Notes under the pieces: model-generated
Seen by the model: only the letters and a program-made list of their open reading frames with translations
The model's database searches: none
What the model was told of the DNA's origin: nothing
In this document: piece after piece, positions 20,842 to 29,887 of the stretch
Position numbering within the stretch: position 1 is the stretch's first letter
How the letters are laid out: each line of letters starts with the position of its first letter
Program-made: the position numbers and the translations under genes
Virus record (IMG/VR): IMGVR_UViG_3300032268_000832
Coordinates: 186,001 to 250,000 of that record
Length of the DNA: 64,000 bases
Strand: one strand, 5' to 3'

Positions 20842-21117
20842 ATGAAAAAGAAACAATTTTTAACAGAATCAGACAGAAAACAAATACTAGCTGATAAAGA
20901 GAAAGCCATATTAGAAAACTTTGCAAAGACATTTAATTCTATTAAACGTGTTGACGAAGCTGAAATAACGGAAAATAACGAATCAACAGTTTTAACGTCT
21001 ACAGATAAAAATGATTTGAAACAAGACATAGCTAAACTAAAAAAAGAAAAACCAGACGCTAAAGTTGGTGAAATAACTAAAAATGGTAAAATTTTTAGTG
21101 TTAGAATAACTTTTTAA
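20842..21117 (+). CDS. hypothetical protein
   Basis: ORF track. Confidence 0.55.
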   Translation: MKKKQFLTESDRKQILADKEKAILENFAKTFNSIKRVDEAEITENNESTVLTSTDKNDLKQDIAKLKKEKPDAKVGEITKNGKIFSVRITF

Positions 21118-21160
21118 GTCAAACATAAAAAAAAAATGAAAAACAAACAATTTTTAACAA

Positions 21161-22354
21161 ATGAATAGAAAAAATAAAATATCCATTATTAACAAAGCTA
21201 ATATTTTATTAGAAAATAAATTCATTGAAGAAAAAATTGGTAAAGACTCAATGATTAATGATTTAACAAACAAGGTTAATGATTTAACAAAAAGAGTAAA
21301 TTCAGGTGAAAATTTAGAAAATGAACTTAAAAATGTAATAAATAAGTTAATATTAGTTTTAAAAGACGATTCTATTGATGAAAATAAAATAGTTGAAGGG
21401 GTATTTGATTATGCTAAAATTGCTTTAATAAGTGGTTTGATGGCTTTAGGTATGACTAATACACAAGCACAATCAAAAATAGATAACTCAATTAATATAT
21501 CTTCTGTAAATAAAAGTGCTGAAGTTGAGTTATCGGATAATATAAAATTAGATGTTTCTAGAACTATTAACAGGTATCTTAATCAAGATAAAGGTGTTAA
21601 CCAAATAATTATTGAGATTGTTGGTAAAGCTTCCCTAGTAACACCACCAGCAGGTATGACAAATGAAGAATTAGCAACAAAAAGAGCGGAAAAAGCTAAA
21701 GAATATATTGAAGCTAAATATGGTAATAAAGTAATTGTGTCAAATATCACGACTAAAATAGGTGATACCAAATATATTAGTGGTTTGGATTCAAAAGATT
21801 CTCAAAAGTTTACGAAAGAACAAGGTGTTTCTATAAACATTGTTGCTAGTTTTGGTGGTAATTTAAATGGTTATTTTAATTCGATTATTATCTCCCCAGG
21901 TAAGAATCCAGATAATTTATTAGTATACAATTCTAGAGGTGAATTAATTACCAGTACTGGTTTTTTTGGTGATGGTGACAAATACCATCCACATTATTTG
22001 GTGTCAACAACGATGGGAATTGTTAAAGATAATGAATTGGGAAATAATACTAAACTTTTTGAAGGTACTTTAGATGAATTAAAAACTTTATTGACACAAC
22101 CCTTAGCGGATAACGACACTTATTATAATAATGCTTTAAAAATATTAATAGATAGGTATAATAACAATAAACCTATTTACTTATATGACTTACACACCCC
22201 AAAGACTTTAGATTTAAGTGATTTAGGTTTTGTAACGATTAAAGTTGTAACCAGTGATAAAGATACTGAGGGGAGTGTTATAATTAATGGTAGTAATAAT
22301 CAAAAAATTAAAGGAATTTACAACAAAAAAGGTTTTTCATTTTATGGTTTTTAA
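21161..22354 (+). CDS. protein with hydrophobic segment and OmpA-C-like region
   Basis: NEELATKRAEKAKEYI resembles the OmpA NxxLSxxRA motif; KANILLE N-terminus. Confidence 0.55.
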   Translation: MNRKNKISIINKANILLENKFIEEKIGKDSMINDLTNKVNDLTKRVNSGENLENELKNVINKLILVLKDDSIDENKIVEGVFDYAKIALISGLMALGMTNTQAQSKIDNSINISSVNKSAEVELSDNIKLDVSRTINRYLNQDKGVNQIIIEIVGKASLVTPPAGMTNEELATKRAEKAKEYIEAKYGNKVIVSNITTKIGDTKYISGLDSKDSQKFTKEQGVSINIVASFGGNLNGYFNSIIISPGKNPDNLLVYNSRGELITSTGFFGDGDKYHPHYLVSTTMGIVKDNELGNNTKLFEGTLDELKTLLTQPLADNDTYYNNALKILIDRYNNNKPIYLYDLHTPKTLDLSDLGFVTIKVVTSDKDTEGSVIINGSNNQKIKGIYNKKGFSFYGF

Positions 22355-22428
22355 AAAAAAACCATAAAACATTTTTTTATTAAAAAAAAATGTATATCTT
22401 TGCACTATTAATTTTAAAACAAAAAACC

Positions 22429-22785
22429 ATGAAAGTATTTTTTATTGCTTTTTTAATGTTTTCTTTATCGATTAAAGCCCAAAAACTAAAGAATGAATTA
22501 TTTACGTTTAATGTTGATTATACAAACAAAGAGTTTATAGTTAGGGTTGGTGATATAGATGAAAATAAATCACAAGTTGAAGTTGAAATTAAGTGTTCTA
22601 AAATAATTCTAGACTATAAAAAGGAAAAACATTTTGTGGAAGTTTTTAATATAAAACAACATGTTAATAATAGCAATGTTTTTTTTGGTGGTAAATTGAT
22701 TGAAGGTGAATATGTTATAACGTTAACATATGTTGAAAATGGTAAAAAAATAAAAAAAATAGAAAAAAAATTAATAAAAACTTGA
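22429..22785 (+). CDS. putative secreted protein
   Basis: signal peptide MKVFFIAFLMFSLSIKAQ. Confidence 0.6.
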   Translation: MKVFFIAFLMFSLSIKAQKLKNELFTFNVDYTNKEFIVRVGDIDENKSQVEVEIKCSKIILDYKKEKHFVEVFNIKQHVNNSNVFFGGKLIEGEYVITLTYVENGKKIKKIEKKLIKT

Positions 22786-22866
22786 CTTGTATTAAAATAG
22801 TTAGTATATTTGCATAACTTTTTAAAACAAGGATATATTTATAAACAAATACAAAAATAAAACAAA

Positions 22867-22968
22867 ATGAGAACAATTAACATACATATGATATCGATTT
22901 CGAATTGGAGACGCAATAGTCACCAAATGTCGGGTATGTCTAATTGCCAAGGTGGGACTGAAGTATAA
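22867..22968 (+). CDS. attenuator leader peptide 1 MRTINIHMISISNWRRNSHQMSGMSNCQGGTEV
   Basis: codons 4-19 are all read by tRNAs of the downstream cluster; contains antiterminator GTCGGGT (22929-22935). Confidence 0.85.
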   Translation: MRTINIHMISISNWRRNSHQMSGMSNCQGGTEV

Positions 22969-22993
22969 TTCAGAAACACATATAACAATACAC

Positions 22994-23027
22994 AACCCGA
23001 CTAGTTAAAAGCTTAGTCGGGTTTTTT
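22994..23027 (+). terminator. attenuator terminator 1
   Basis: AACCCGACTA..TAGTCGGGTT plus T-run. Confidence 0.85.
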
Positions 23028-23038
23028 ATTTTAAAACT

Positions 23039-23230
23039 ATGGGTGAATTAGTAAGAAAATTAGGAACTGAAAAAAGTGTCAACTTAGTTAAAGACTTTAA
23101 CCTAATAGTTGACAAGTACAGAAAAATAGCAGATGCCAGTGGATATCACGGAGAGCTAAAATTTCAAAAAGAAGGTGGGTTCACCGTAATATTTGTAGAT
23201 ATTAAAACGGACGATAATTTGGAGGAGTAA
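23039..23230 (+). CDS. hypothetical protein
   Basis: ORF track. Confidence 0.55.
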   Translation: MGELVRKLGTEKSVNLVKDFNLIVDKYRKIADASGYHGELKFQKEGGFTVIFVDIKTDDNLEE

Positions 23231-23308
23231 AGCGTAATGGTTGACCGCTCTAGTCTTGAAAACTAGTCTCGCGAAAGTGGGTTGCAGGTTCGAGTCCTGT
23301 CTCCTCCG
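23221..23308 (+). tRNA. tRNA-Ser(TGA)
   Basis: GGAGGAG/CTCCTCC, CTAGT-CTTGAAA-ACTAG, long variable arm. Confidence 0.9.
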
Positions 23309-23378
23309 CAAAAATTTACACATGCGGTGAATAGTAAAAATTATCCGCACTTTTACAAAATGTAATATATTTATTAGT

Positions 23379-23813
23379 ATGGAAATAAATATAAACGTTA
23401 AAAGGTGTTCCAAATGTCAAGAAGAAAAAAGTATTGATTTATTTGGTGTAAAAAATTATAATAAAGATGGTTTAAATCATTATTGTAAAGAATGTGAAAA
23501 TAATAGGAATAAGGTTAGATATCAAGACCCTATTCAAAAAGAAAAAATAAAGTATAATTCAATTTTAAGAAATTATGGTCTTACTAAAGAAGAATATTTA
23601 TTAAAATTAGATAAACAAGAACATAAATGTTCTATCTGTAGTGATGTTTTAAAAAATGATAAAAAAACACACGTAGACCATTGTCATTTGACTGGTGTTG
23701 TTAGAGATATTTTATGTGATAAATGTAATAAATTATTGGGTAACGTAAAAGAAGATGTTAATTACCTAAAAAATTTAATAAATTACATTGAAAAATATTC
23801 ACCGCAAAAATAA
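23379..23813 (+). mobile_element. endonuclease VII-like homing endonuclease
   Basis: CSIC..HVDHCHLTGVVRDILCDKCNKLLG; inserted in the tRNA array. Confidence 0.8.
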
Positions 23814-23866
23814 GGCGAATAGAAAAGATAATCACCGCAAAAATGCGGTGATTGTAAATTAAACAT

Positions 23867-23939
23867 GGTGGCTATAGTGTAACGGTTAACACGCTAGATT
23901 GTGGTTCTGGAAATGGGAGTTCGATTCTCCTTAGTCACC
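23867..23939 (+). tRNA. tRNA-His(GTG)
   Basis: G-1, CTAGA-TTGTGGT-TCTGG, C73. Confidence 0.9.
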
Positions 23940-23946
23940 CTTTTAT

Positions 23947-24018
23947 ACTTCGCTGGTGAAATGGCTATCATCTTGGTCTCCAAAACCAAGGTTTCAGGTT
24001 CGAGTCCTGAGCGTAGTG
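23947..24018 (+). tRNA. tRNA-Trp(CCA)
   Basis: TTGGT-CTCCAAA-ACCAA. Confidence 0.9.
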
Positions 24019-24027
24019 CTAAAACAT

Positions 24028-24100
24028 AGGCGTGTGGTGAAATTGGTTATCACGCAAGACTGATACTTTTGTATTTCGAGTTCGAGTCTCGACATGCCTA
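24028..24100 (+). tRNA. tRNA-Ile(GAT)
   Basis: CAAGA-CTGATAC-TTTTG. Confidence 0.85.
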
Positions 24101-24105
24101 CAAAC

Positions 24106-24189
24106 TGTGATGTGGATGAATGGTTTAGTCACCAGCCTGATACGCTGGGTGTTTATAACACAATGTGGGTTCGAGTCCCACCGTCACAA
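24106..24189 (+). tRNA. tRNA-Ile(GAT) with long variable arm
   Basis: CCAGC-CTGATAC-GCTGG; variable hairpin GTGTT-TAT-AACAC. Confidence 0.8.
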
Positions 24190-24191
24190 CT

Positions 24192-24425
24192 ATGAAAAGA
24201 CAATATAGTGAAAATGAAAAAGGATTGGTAGAAGCCATAGTTGGATTGTTCATTTTGCTTCCTAACCCACAATTGAAGGGTAAAGAACAAGAAATAATGA
24301 AAATTGCTTTTAAAATTCTGGACGAAATGTTAGATGAAGACTTTGAACCAGAAGAAAATGAAGATGAAGACGATGATGATGGATACGAAGATTACATCAA
24401 GTATATTGTTGAAAAACGTAAATAA
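24192..24425 (+). CDS. acidic hypothetical protein
   Basis: ATG at 24192 after the tRNA. Confidence 0.55.
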   Translation: MKRQYSENEKGLVEAIVGLFILLPNPQLKGKEQEIMKIAFKILDEMLDEDFEPEENEDEDDDDGYEDYIKYIVEKRK

Positions 24426-24499
24426 GGTCCTCTGGCGCAATTGGTTAGCGCAGCGCGCTCATAACGCGACGGTTTCGGGTTCGAGTCCCGAGGGGACCA
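24426..24499 (+). tRNA. tRNA(CAT), elongator Met or Ile2
   Basis: GCGCG-CTCATAA-CGCGA, paired 1-72. Confidence 0.85.
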
Positions 24500-24604
24500 C
24501 ACCCTATCAAATGGTGTAACCACGGGTAAAAACAGCAACGCTGGCGAATGGACCAGAGGCGCACCGTAATTGTGGTACTCGGTGTATTGATAAAAATATA
24601 AAAT

Positions 24605-24690
24605 TCTGGTTTGGCCGAGTGGACGATGGCAGCAGACTGTTAATCTGCTAGGGTACACCCTCAACGTAGGTTCGAATCCTACAGCCAGAG
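24605..24690 (+). tRNA. tRNA-Asn(GTT) with long variable arm
   Basis: GCAGA-CTGTTAA-TCTGC; variable hairpin AGGGT-AC-ACCCT. Confidence 0.8.
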
Positions 24691-24757
24691 CGAAAATTTT
24701 TTTGTTAATCTATTGACTTTTTGTTCGAATTTATTATATTTATAATAAAAACAAATT

Positions 24758-25312
24758 ATGAAAGAAAAAATATTAGAATTAAGAAAAAAAGGTTTAAAAA
24801 TTGATGAAATTGTTAAAGAATTGGGTTGTGCTAAAAGCACCGTATCATATCACATTAACAATAATGGTTTAGGTGGTAAGGTTATAACTGACAGTTTAAT
24901 TTCTAAAATTAATGAGTATTATTTAACTCATAGTAAAGCTGAAACAGCTAAACATTTCGGGATTGGAGCTTCAACTGTAACTAAATATACTGAAAATAAA
25001 AGAGTCTATTTAAGCGAAGAAGAGAGGAAAGAAAAAGCTGTTAAAGCCGTTGTAAAAAGAAGACAAAAAGTCAAAGAGATGGCAGTTGAATACAAAGGCG
25101 GTTCATGTCAGAGATGTGGTTATAATAAATACATAGGTGCTTTAGAGTTTCACCATATGGACCCAAATGAAAAAGATTTTTTAATAAGCAGAAAAGGTCA
25201 TTGTACATCTTGGGAAAAAATAAAAAAAGAATTAGATAAATGTATTTTAGTTTGTGCTAATTGTCACAGAGAAGTACACGAAGAAGAAAGAAATAACAAG
25301 GGGCTGTCGTAG
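24758..25312 (+). mobile_element. HTH-HNH homing endonuclease
   Basis: CQRCGY..LEFHH..CILVCANCHREVH; sits between two tRNA-Asn genes. Confidence 0.85.
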
Positions 25313-25373
25313 CAGCGGTCTAATACGGAGGACTGTTAATCCTTTTACATGGGTTCGAATCCCATCGGCCCCG
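25300..25373 (+). tRNA. tRNA-Asn(GTT)
   Basis: GAGGA-CTGTTAA-TCCTT. Confidence 0.85.
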
Positions 25374-25387
25374 CAAAATAAAAGAAG

Positions 25388-25540
25388 ATGGAAAAGACAA
25401 GTGAAGCTGATATGCAGCGTCTTTATGATTACTTGGATAAAATGGGTGTATCTTATACGGTAGACCGAAATCCAAGTCCAGAAAAGATTGCTAGAATCAA
25501 AGCACAAATTGAAAAGAACAAAAAAATAAGAATGTGTTAA
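25388..25540 (+). CDS. 50-aa hypothetical protein (not in track)
   Basis: manual translation MEKTSEADMQRLYDYLDKMG... Confidence 0.5.
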   Translation: MEKTSEADMQRLYDYLDKMGVSYTVDRNPSPEKIARIKAQIEKNKKIRMC

Positions 25541-25640
25541 TGCTGATAAACTACAACAGCACCAGACGAAAAACTGGCGTGGAGCATGGGACTAGTTAAC
25601 CACCACAATTGTAGGAGAATACCCTACCACATTCACAAAT

Positions 25641-25713
25641 GCCGAGGCTTATAGGAAAAGAGCCATCCCTCATAAAGATGGTCAAGTCGGTTCGACTCCG
25701 ATACTCGGTACCA
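25641..25713 (+). tRNA. tRNA-Met(CAT), atypical D arm
   Basis: loop CTCATAA, T arm GTCGG-TTCGACT-CCGAT, encoded CCA. Confidence 0.7.
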
Positions 25714-25718
25714 AAATT

Positions 25719-25791
25719 GGCTCTATCGTTCAACTGGATAGGACCTCGGTCTACGAAATCGAAAATACAGGTTCGAATCCTGTTAGAGTCA
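25719..25791 (+). tRNA. tRNA-Arg(ACG)
   Basis: TCGGT-CTACGAA-ATCGA. Confidence 0.9.
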
Positions 25792-25840
25792 CAACATCAG
25801 TCAAATCTATAATTTATATGTATCATTTGGCTAACAATAT

Positions 25841-25913
25841 GCCTCCATAGCATAAATGGAAATGCAACATCCTTCTAAGATGTCCAATCGGGGTTCGAAT
25901 CCCTGTGGGGGTA
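25841..25913 (+). tRNA. tRNA-Arg(TCT)
   Basis: ACATC-CTTCTAA-GATGT. Confidence 0.9.
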
Positions 25914-26117
25914 CAAATAAAATAGCAATCAAGGTTTGTTTCACCTTCAAGATATTCCTGAAAAGAAACTAGGTGTGTTGATAGGGGTAGCCTCCCAACA
26001 GTGACTGATTAAATTCAAGGTAGATACGGACTGGTACAGTGGTGACTTACACACGGAATTCCACTAATCCCTTTGTAGCCCGTCACGACCCAAGGGCGGG
26101 ATTGTTATTTTATTTAT

Positions 26118-26204
26118 GGAGAGTTGCCAGAGTGGTAATGGAGCGGATTGCTAATCCGTGGTCGTTAGTTCGGCCCATGGGTTCGAATCCCATACTCTCC
26201 ACCA
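26118..26204 (+). tRNA. tRNA-Ser(GCT)
   Basis: GCGGA-TTGCTAA-TCCGT, long variable arm, encoded CCA. Confidence 0.9.
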
Positions 26205-26248
26205 CGTCTTATTCATTATTTCTAGATATTTATTTAAAAATATTGATA

Positions 26249-27043
26249 ATGAAAAAATATATTAAAAATTTGCTTAGAGAAAATATTTTAAAAGAGTATA
26301 TCAATCAAGACATGGTATCTCTTAAGAGATATTTTTCTATGTCAGATGAACAAAAGAAGTCTTATTTACCACATGAATATCCATATGAATTTGATAGGTT
26401 CTTAGATGAAGAAGGTATAGAAACAGATATTGAGGGTGAAACATATGAAATATCAGATATTCTATTTGATAAAAACCCAGAATTATACAATAGATTTGCT
26501 GAATGGTTATTTAGAGAAATTGAACAAAACACACTAAACGTTCCAGACTCTGATTATCCAGCATGGGCCTATTTTGATAACCCAAGACTTGTTAAGAATC
26601 AATGGTTAATTCATTTCACTGATAATGCTGAGAGTATTGCAAGACAAGGTTTTAAATATGGTGTTGATGAAATTGATAAATTGGCGTTAACAACACATTT
26701 GGGAGAGTTCGAAAAAAAATATGGTGGTTATAATTTTGCTTATGATATTGAGAGATATGATAGATATGCACATAGCAATCGTGGTTCTGGTTTTAAATAT
26801 GGTAAAGAAGCTGTTATATTTAGAGCATCTGGTATAGAATTATGGCATTATAGTGATGAGGAACCACAAGTTATTTTTTATGGTAATACAGCTAGAAACA
26901 TAATACCAATAATAAGAGGTGAGAATGCTGATTGGGCGGTTTATAGCACAAAGAGTGGTCGTATCTTATATGAGAACGATGATTTTGACAATGTAGTTGT
27001 ATGGGTTTTAAGAAATTACGTTCAATATAGAAAACAAGTGTAA
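26249..27043 (+). CDS. IKNLLRE-motif hypothetical protein
   Basis: start reassigned to ATG 26249 (MKKYIKNLLRE). Confidence 0.7.
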   Translation: MKKYIKNLLRENILKEYINQDMVSLKRYFSMSDEQKKSYLPHEYPYEFDRFLDEEGIETDIEGETYEISDILFDKNPELYNRFAEWLFREIEQNTLNVPDSDYPAWAYFDNPRLVKNQWLIHFTDNAESIARQGFKYGVDEIDKLALTTHLGEFEKKYGGYNFAYDIERYDRYAHSNRGSGFKYGKEAVIFRASGIELWHYSDEEPQVIFYGNTARNIIPIIRGENADWAVYSTKSGRILYENDDFDNVVVWVLRNYVQYRKQV

Positions 27044-27045
27044 AT

Positions 27046-27723
27046 ATGAAAGATTTTATTAAACAAAAATTATCAGAGAATTTAGTACATGAGGTAATCG
27101 AATCTTATTTAGAAGAGGATTACCCATCCAATTTTGATTTAGAAGAATTTTCAAAATTAAATAGTTTTAACAAAAGAATCCAATACTGTCAAGAAAGACT
27201 TAAAAGAATATCATCTGGCTCATCTAGGATTGTCTATATGGTTGACGATACTAAAGTGCTTAAGATTGCGAGAAATAAAAAGGGTCTTGCACAAAACGAA
27301 ATTGAAATTGATTATTCAAATTACTATGATTTAAAAGACATCACAGCACAAGTATTTGCTTATGACCAAAATAATTTATGGGTTGAAATGGAGTTGGCTA
27401 AAAAAGTAACGCCAGCAATATTTGAAAGAGTTGTTGGTTTTACATTTGCTGATTATTGTGCTGGCCTTAGAAAACATCATGATGAAATAAACCCAAAAAG
27501 AGGTTCATGGTTTAGTTCTGATGTAAGCAAAGAAGTTTATGAAGCTATGTGGGAAGATGAATTTACTTATGAAATGTTAAGTTTTATTGGTGGTTATGAT
27601 ATTCCAGTTGGTGATTTGTGTAAACTTAACACATATGGTCTTGTAAAAAGAAATGGTGAAGACACGATTGTTATGATTGATTACGGATTAAATAATGATG
27701 TTTGGCAAGACTATTATAAATAA
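27046..27723 (+). CDS. protein-kinase-like fold protein
   Basis: SSGSSRIVY, VLKIA, QNEIE, GDL, IDYG. Confidence 0.65.
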   Translation: MKDFIKQKLSENLVHEVIESYLEEDYPSNFDLEEFSKLNSFNKRIQYCQERLKRISSGSSRIVYMVDDTKVLKIARNKKGLAQNEIEIDYSNYYDLKDITAQVFAYDQNNLWVEMELAKKVTPAIFERVVGFTFADYCAGLRKHHDEINPKRGSWFSSDVSKEVYEAMWEDEFTYEMLSFIGGYDIPVGDLCKLNTYGLVKRNGEDTIVMIDYGLNNDVWQDYYK

Positions 27724-27761
27724 TTTTTGTATAGTTAAAAAATAAGTAGTATATTTGCATC

Positions 27762-28700
27762 ATGAAAAAAGAAATAAGAACAATATTAAGAGAAGGTATG
27801 TTAAAGAATTCATTAGGGGTTGCGGTTTCAAGACCAGACCAAGTGCTTATCGTGATGCGTGGTATACCAGGCTCGGGTAAATCAACAAAAGCCAAAGAAC
27901 TAGTAGGTGAAGGAGTAATCCATTCAACTGATGCTGTTATAGAGTCACAAGGTGATTACAACAAATTCTTTCAATTAATGTTTGAATCTAAAGACTTTAC
28001 ACCATTGTCAAGAGCTCACTCTACCAATTTAAAAAACGTTGTTGGTTCGTTAAAAGAAGGTGTTTCACCAGTTATCCTAGATAACACAAACATCAAACAA
28101 AACGAATCAAAGGCCGCTATTAAGGCTGCTTTGGAAATGGGGTTGGCTGACAACAACATAAAGTTTGTGGATATAGGTACAGCTGGTCTTACAGCTGAGC
28201 AATTAGCTGAAAGAAACACTCATGGTGTACCGCTTGAAAAAATACAATCAATGATTGAATCACACAAGGGTCAAGGTCCATTAACGCTTAAAAGCGTTTT
28301 AGAATCGAAAGACATGTACAAAGAATCAAACATTTTGTATTCTGCTGTTGTATTGGATGGTGGGTCTAGAGCAGCTTTGTTGTCAAGAATTGAGGGTATG
28401 ATACCTGATGGTTGGAAAGTAATTGCGCACCACATGACTATAGTGTTTGGTAAACCAGTACCAAACCAAGAAGATTTAGGTAAAGAAGTTACTTTGTATG
28501 TTGAAGCTATAGGGATTAGCGATATGGCTATGGCTGTTAGGGTTGAAGGTTATCCATCAACCAATGCGATTCCACATATAACAATTGCGATAAACCCAGA
28601 TGGTGGAAAACCAGTGATGTCGAATGATATCACCAAATGGCAAAAAATAAAGAACTTTGCCATTAAGGGTAGAGTTACTGAAATTAAGAAAGGGTCGTAA
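27762..28700 (+). CDS. polynucleotide kinase-like P-loop fused to 2H phosphoesterase (RNA end healing)
   Basis: GIPGSGKST, ILDNTN, RNTHGVP; HMT and HIT 2H motifs. Confidence 0.85.
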   Translation: MKKEIRTILREGMLKNSLGVAVSRPDQVLIVMRGIPGSGKSTKAKELVGEGVIHSTDAVIESQGDYNKFFQLMFESKDFTPLSRAHSTNLKNVVGSLKEGVSPVILDNTNIKQNESKAAIKAALEMGLADNNIKFVDIGTAGLTAEQLAERNTHGVPLEKIQSMIESHKGQGPLTLKSVLESKDMYKESNILYSAVVLDGGSRAALLSRIEGMIPDGWKVIAHHMTIVFGKPVPNQEDLGKEVTLYVEAIGISDMAMAVRVEGYPSTNAIPHITIAINPDGGKPVMSNDITKWQKIKNFAIKGRVTEIKKGS

Positions 28701-28758
28701 AGACCCTTTTTTATTTGCATATAATAAAAATATGTTGTATCTTTGTAAAAAATATATT

Positions 28759-29394
28759 ATGATAACAGCGCAAGTAGTATTAATTAACGAAGAAGGTTTA
28801 ATTCTTGGAGTGTCTAGAAAAGACAACCATTCTGATTTCGGATTACCTGGAGGTAAGATGGACCCAGAAGACGACAATGACCCTACAACAACGGCAATAA
28901 GAGAATGTAAAGAAGAAACTGGTTTGGATATTTTTAATTTACAATTAGTTTTTGCTATCCATAAAAATGGTAACATGGGTTACACTTATTTGGCTAAGTA
29001 TTCTGGTGAAATAAACCATAACGAACCACATGTAGTTAAATGGGTGGCTATGGAAGTTCTAATTAACGGAAGCTTCGGTAGATACAATCAAATGGTGTCT
29101 GAATCACTTACGGATTTGGGTGTTGATTATCAATTGGATGTTGATTTGGATAGTTTAACTAACGAAGTTAAAGAGTATGCTGCTAATAATAAGCTGTTGG
29201 GGATGACTTTTAACGTTGACCATCTTTATAAACAGTATGGTTTTACTGGTAAAACTTCTTATGTTGTTTATTTTGATATAGATTACGATGAATTTTTGTG
29301 GGATTTTGACAATGACTTTATAATTGGTTTGGAAGCTATTGGTAAAAAATATGGGGTTGGTGTTCAATTACCACATCATTATTATACAAAATAG
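28759..29394 (+). CDS. NUDIX hydrolase
   Basis: LPGGKMDPED..AIRECKEETGL. Confidence 0.85.
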   Translation: MITAQVVLINEEGLILGVSRKDNHSDFGLPGGKMDPEDDNDPTTTAIRECKEETGLDIFNLQLVFAIHKNGNMGYTYLAKYSGEINHNEPHVVKWVAMEVLINGSFGRYNQMVSESLTDLGVDYQLDVDLDSLTNEVKEYAANNKLLGMTFNVDHLYKQYGFTGKTSYVVYFDIDYDEFLWDFDNDFIIGLEAIGKKYGVGVQLPHHYYTK

Positions 29395-29440
29395 TTGTAA
29401 CAATAGAAATTAATTAGTATATTTGCAAAAACTTATAAAT

Positions 29441-29827
29441 ATGAAAAATGCTGAAAGACGTCTTCAACTAACGTCAAAATTTGTACAGATGGGTAAAGCT
29501 CTAGTTGAAGAGGGTAGAGAATCCAATGATTTAATTATCGCTCAGTTGGGTAGTATGATAATCTTTTTAGGTGGGATTTGTTTTGATGATGAAGATGTCA
29601 CAAAATTTGGTGAATTGGTTTCTATGTATTCAGCAAAAAAATTGGTTGAATCTTTAGAAGAAAACAATGACCCTGAAATTATGGCTATCAGAAGAAAAGC
29701 TGAAGCTGACACTTATGAAAACATCTTAGATGGGATTGATGGTTTAATTGATGATGCTAAGAGAGGTAAATTGGATGATGAGGATGAAATCAATTTTGAC
29801 CAAGATGATGACGATGATAATGATTAA
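29441..29827 (+). CDS. hypothetical protein
   Basis: ORF track. Confidence 0.6.
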   Translation: MKNAERRLQLTSKFVQMGKALVEEGRESNDLIIAQLGSMIIFLGGICFDDEDVTKFGELVSMYSAKKLVESLEENNDPEIMAIRRKAEADTYENILDGIDGLIDDAKRGKLDDEDEINFDQDDDDDND

Positions 29828-29887
29828 TTAACGCAAATATTTTGTGCATTAAAATAAACACATATATTTGCACAAAAAATACATGTT

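Noticed and set aside
26039-26248. N-terminal extension of track ORF 26039..27043
   Set aside because: It overlaps tRNA-Ser; the ATG at 26249 has the shared N-terminal motif and upstream promoter motif.
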